A stretch of DNA of 64,000 bases from Victivallaceae bacterium (GTDB lineage: Bacteria > Verrucomicrobiota > Lentisphaeria > Victivallales > Victivallaceae), in assembly GCA_045532655.1 (NCBI GenBank), contig JAZSGI010000203.1:1469-65468 (forward strand), written 5' to 3'. Every line of letters begins with the position of its first letter. Position 1 is the stretch's first letter. The notes beneath the pieces are model-generated. The model worked only from the letters and a program-made list of their open reading frames with translations. It was not told where the DNA came from and did not search any database. Shown here one piece after another: positions 62,036-64,000 of the stretch. The position numbers and the translations under genes were made by a program.

Positions 62036-64000
62036 ATGTCTCAGCCTTGCAACAACGGAAAAAATTTTCGTCCCATACCTTTTTATTTTGTCAATACCAC
62101 AGATGAATCCCTGTTGACGCAGGAAAAAATCGATACGGGTGTCAAACGCCTTGCCGATCAGCATTTCGGCGGTTTGTTGCTTTTCAATAAGCCGCCGGAC
62201 GGTTTTTCCTGTGAAGAATATTTAAGTGACAAATGGTTTGCCATGACTGAACGTTTTGTGCTTGCCTGTCTTAAATACGGTATGGAGCTCTGGCTGAACG
62301 ACGGGTTCAATTTCCCTCCCGGCGATGCCGGCGGCAGAATAGAGAAAGCTGCTCCGTGGCTCAAACAGCAGGTTTTGCTGCTTGATGAGGATGATCAGGT
62401 GCAGATCCGTGAGGTGGACTGGGGTTTTCCCGCCTTTGAAGATCCGGAAAGTTCTGAACTTTTTATCCGTTTTGTTTATGAAGAATACCGGAAACGTCTG
62501 GGTAAATATTTCGGCTGCGGCATAAAAGGATTTTTTTCTGATGCCGACAACCGCCGTGTGAATCATTTTACCAAAGATCTCCTTGACGGCAGGAGTTATT
62601 TCCCGTGGTGCAGGAATTTTGCCGATATCTTCCGTAAGGCCTGCGGGTATGATATTGTGCCTTTTCTCCCCCGCATACTTAAAGGTGAAAAGGGCGATTT
62701 CTCCCGTGATTACTGGCATGTGGCAGGTATGGTATACCAGCAATGGTTTGCCAATAATTATAAATGGTGTGAAGCGAACGGGCTGGAATATACGTTCCAC
62801 ACTTCCGATACCGGGCCTTTTACCATGGAAGCAATGCCCCGCAGTTCCATTTACACCGAGGGGAACATTTTTGAACTTATGGCTTATTCCCACTGCCCCG
62901 GTACAGATCATGAACTTCTCCGGCTTGATGGTGGTACACACTATGATTCACGTTATTATATCCCGGAATCTCCATACGGTCAGGAATATGCCGCAAAGAA
63001 GGATTTTGCAGTTACAGTTGACGATGTCCGGGCTAAATATGTATCCAGTGCTGCTTATTATCACCGGCGGGAACGGGTGCTTTGCGAAGCCTATGCTGCA
63101 ACCAACTGGGGCGTTTCTTTCAATGAATTGCGCCGCATAACTTCATGGCAGATAATGCAGGGAATAAACTTTTTTGTTCCTCATGCGGTGCATCATGTTC
63201 CGGGTGGTGATGTTAAGTTTTTTGCGCCGCCTGAATTTTCCAATAGTCCGCTGGCGGCAGGTGTTGTGCAGTTCAACGATTTTACGGCCCGCTTCTGTGC
63301 CGAAGCCTCTTCCGGTGAATATGTTGCACCCATAGCAGTAATCGATCCTGTATTTGATATCTGGCAGGGGAGAGATACGGGCAGAAGGTTGTTTGAAATA
63401 TGTGACCGTCTGAACCGTCAGGGCTGGGGGTACCATATTGTTCCCCGGGATGCCGCCGGAACTTATGAATGGGTATTTGACCCCGCAGCGGATGCCGGGA
63501 GTGATCCGGTACTTCCTCCTGCTCCGGTGCAGTTCAATGGAAACGGCGATCTTCATTTCATGCTCCGCCGGGAAGCCGACGGCAGATTGAAAGTGCTTGC
63601 GGCAAATATTTGGAGCGATGCAGCTGTCAGCGGCACCATAAGGTTCTGCGGTCTGGAATATCCTGTTAATATACCTTCCGGCGGTATAGAAATTTTGCTT
63701 GAGGGGGATGCCCCGCAGAGTGATGCTGCAGCACATAAGGAATCAGCGGCGGCAGAAAATGTTGACGTGGAATTGCTTGATCGTCAGATAATACCCTTGC
63801 GTGATCTCCGGTGCTGGAAAGTGCAGGATGGCGTTGGAGAACTCTCTTTGCTTGTTCCGGAACGCTGGGCAGGGAATGTGGTGGTGAATGGCACGCAGCT
63901 GCCGTGGACGGGGGATGAAATATCGGTTTCCGGTGACCGTTGCCGTGTGTTTGCCCTGCCTGCTGCTGCCGGAGAGTATGCTCTGACTTTTCCCGATGGA
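62036..64000 (+). CDS. Putative glycoside hydrolase (unclassified; N-terminus reminiscent of GH106-like enzymes), 3-prime end outside the window
   Basis: My own translation from the ATG at 62036 gives 655 codons with no stop up to base 64000 (MSQPCNNGKNFRPIPFYFVNTTDE...GGLLLFNKPPDG...EYLSDKWF...WLNDGFNFPPGDAGGRI...). The ORF track omits it because there is no in-window stop. The minus-strand ORFs here (62222..62941 and 63143..63736) look like shadows. Confidence 0.6.
   Translation, partial: MSQPCNNGKNFRPIPFYFVNTTDESLLTQEKIDTGVKRLADQHFGGLLLFNKPPDGFSCEEYLSDKWFAMTERFVLACLKYGMELWLNDGFNFPPGDAGGRIEKAAPWLKQQVLLLDEDDQVQIREVDWGFPAFEDPESSELFIRFVYEEYRKRLGKYFGCGIKGFFSDADNRRVNHFTKDLLDGRSYFPWCRNFADIFRKACGYDIVPFLPRILKGEKGDFSRDYWHVAGMVYQQWFANNYKWCEANGLEYTFHTSDTGPFTMEAMPRSSIYTEGNIFELMAYSHCPGTDHELLRLDGGTHYDSRYYIPESPYGQEYAAKKDFAVTVDDVRAKYVSSAAYYHRRERVLCEAYAATNWGVSFNELRRITSWQIMQGINFFVPHAVHHVPGGDVKFFAPPEFSNSPLAAGVVQFNDFTARFCAEASSGEYVAPIAVIDPVFDIWQGRDTGRRLFEICDRLNRQGWGYHIVPRDAAGTYEWVFDPAADAGSDPVLPPAPVQFNGNGDLHFMLRREADGRLKVLAANIWSDAAVSGTIRFCGLEYPVNIPSGGIEILLEGDAPQSDAAAHKESAAAENVDVELLDRQIIPLRDLRCWKVQDGVGELSLLVPERWAGNVVVNGTQLPWTGDEISVSGDRCRVFALPAAAGEYALTFPDG

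Noticed and set aside
59939-62164. Two long minus-strand ORFs (59939..60925 and 61241..62164)
   Set aside because: They are antisense to the 959-aa lipoprotein gene. Their compositions are skewed (many G/I/F/C/H) and no family features are present. The second would also run across the intergenic hairpin.
62222-63736. Minus-strand ORFs 62222..62941 and 63143..63736, and plus ORF 62583..63140
   Set aside because: A continuous 655-codon plus-strand frame from 62036 to the window end explains the region better and reads like a real enzyme. The listed ORFs are off-frame or antisense shadows.
1-64000. Search for CRISPR arrays, tRNA/rRNA genes, IS elements and long direct or inverted repeats
   Set aside because: Intergenic regions are all under about 300 nt. 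None showed repeat-spacer periodicity, cloverleaf-like tRNA structure, rRNA-like sequence or transposase ORFs. The only tandem periodicity found is the coding G-X-Y repeat.

Overview
This is a dense 64-kb chromosomal segment with about 57 protein-coding genes, mostly in tightly packed or overlapping operons. I recognised no rRNA, tRNA, CRISPR array, transposase or integrase. All calls rest on reading the six-frame track and the DNA by eye (motifs, start/RBS context, hairpins); no searches were run.

The likely source is an anaerobic member of the PVC superphylum, Lentisphaerota/Victivallales-like. Supporting this are a prepilin-type H-X9-DG protein, many lipoproteins and glycoside hydrolases, a glycyl radical enzyme, and a two-subunit class I fumarase.

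Content, left to right:
- GH36/NPCBM glycosidase (5-prime partial), ribokinase, aminotransferase, and an alkaline phosphatase-CBM9 lipoprotein.
- An orphan small-terminase-like gene and an LdhA-like dehydrogenase lacking the catalytic His.
- HtrA, a catalytically degenerate HtrA-like PDZ lipoprotein, and a D-aminoacylase.
- A LacI-linked five-gene redox/lactonase/dehydroquinase-like operon.
- An AraC-linked operon: GH51 arabinofuranosidase, an undersized glycyl radical enzyme, its activase, a Na+/amino-acid symporter and an SGNH esterase.
- An FNT channel, a thioesterase and a zinc-ribbon protein.
- An ilvE-panC-hisD-folK operon that runs on into a phage-tail-fibre-like collagen-repeat gene plus two tandem paralogs.
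- An envelope operon (O-antigen-ligase-like protein, esterase, small lipoproteins).
- SWIM protein, LpxL-like acyltransferase, and an ABC binding protein plus ATPase with no permease.
- Housekeeping genes: rlmI, trmH-like, nadK-like, coaB, pepF, a DEAD-box helicase and the fumarase subunits.
- A second LacI regulator with a recognisable operator in front of a pseudopilin plus two large putative glycoside hydrolases. The last of these runs off the window and is absent from the ORF track.

The best candidate for something undescribed is the short eliminase-type glycyl radical enzyme locus at 21.1-27.7 kb. Next are the collagen-like/paralog trio at 30.5-33.3 kb and the HtrA/pseudo-HtrA pair.
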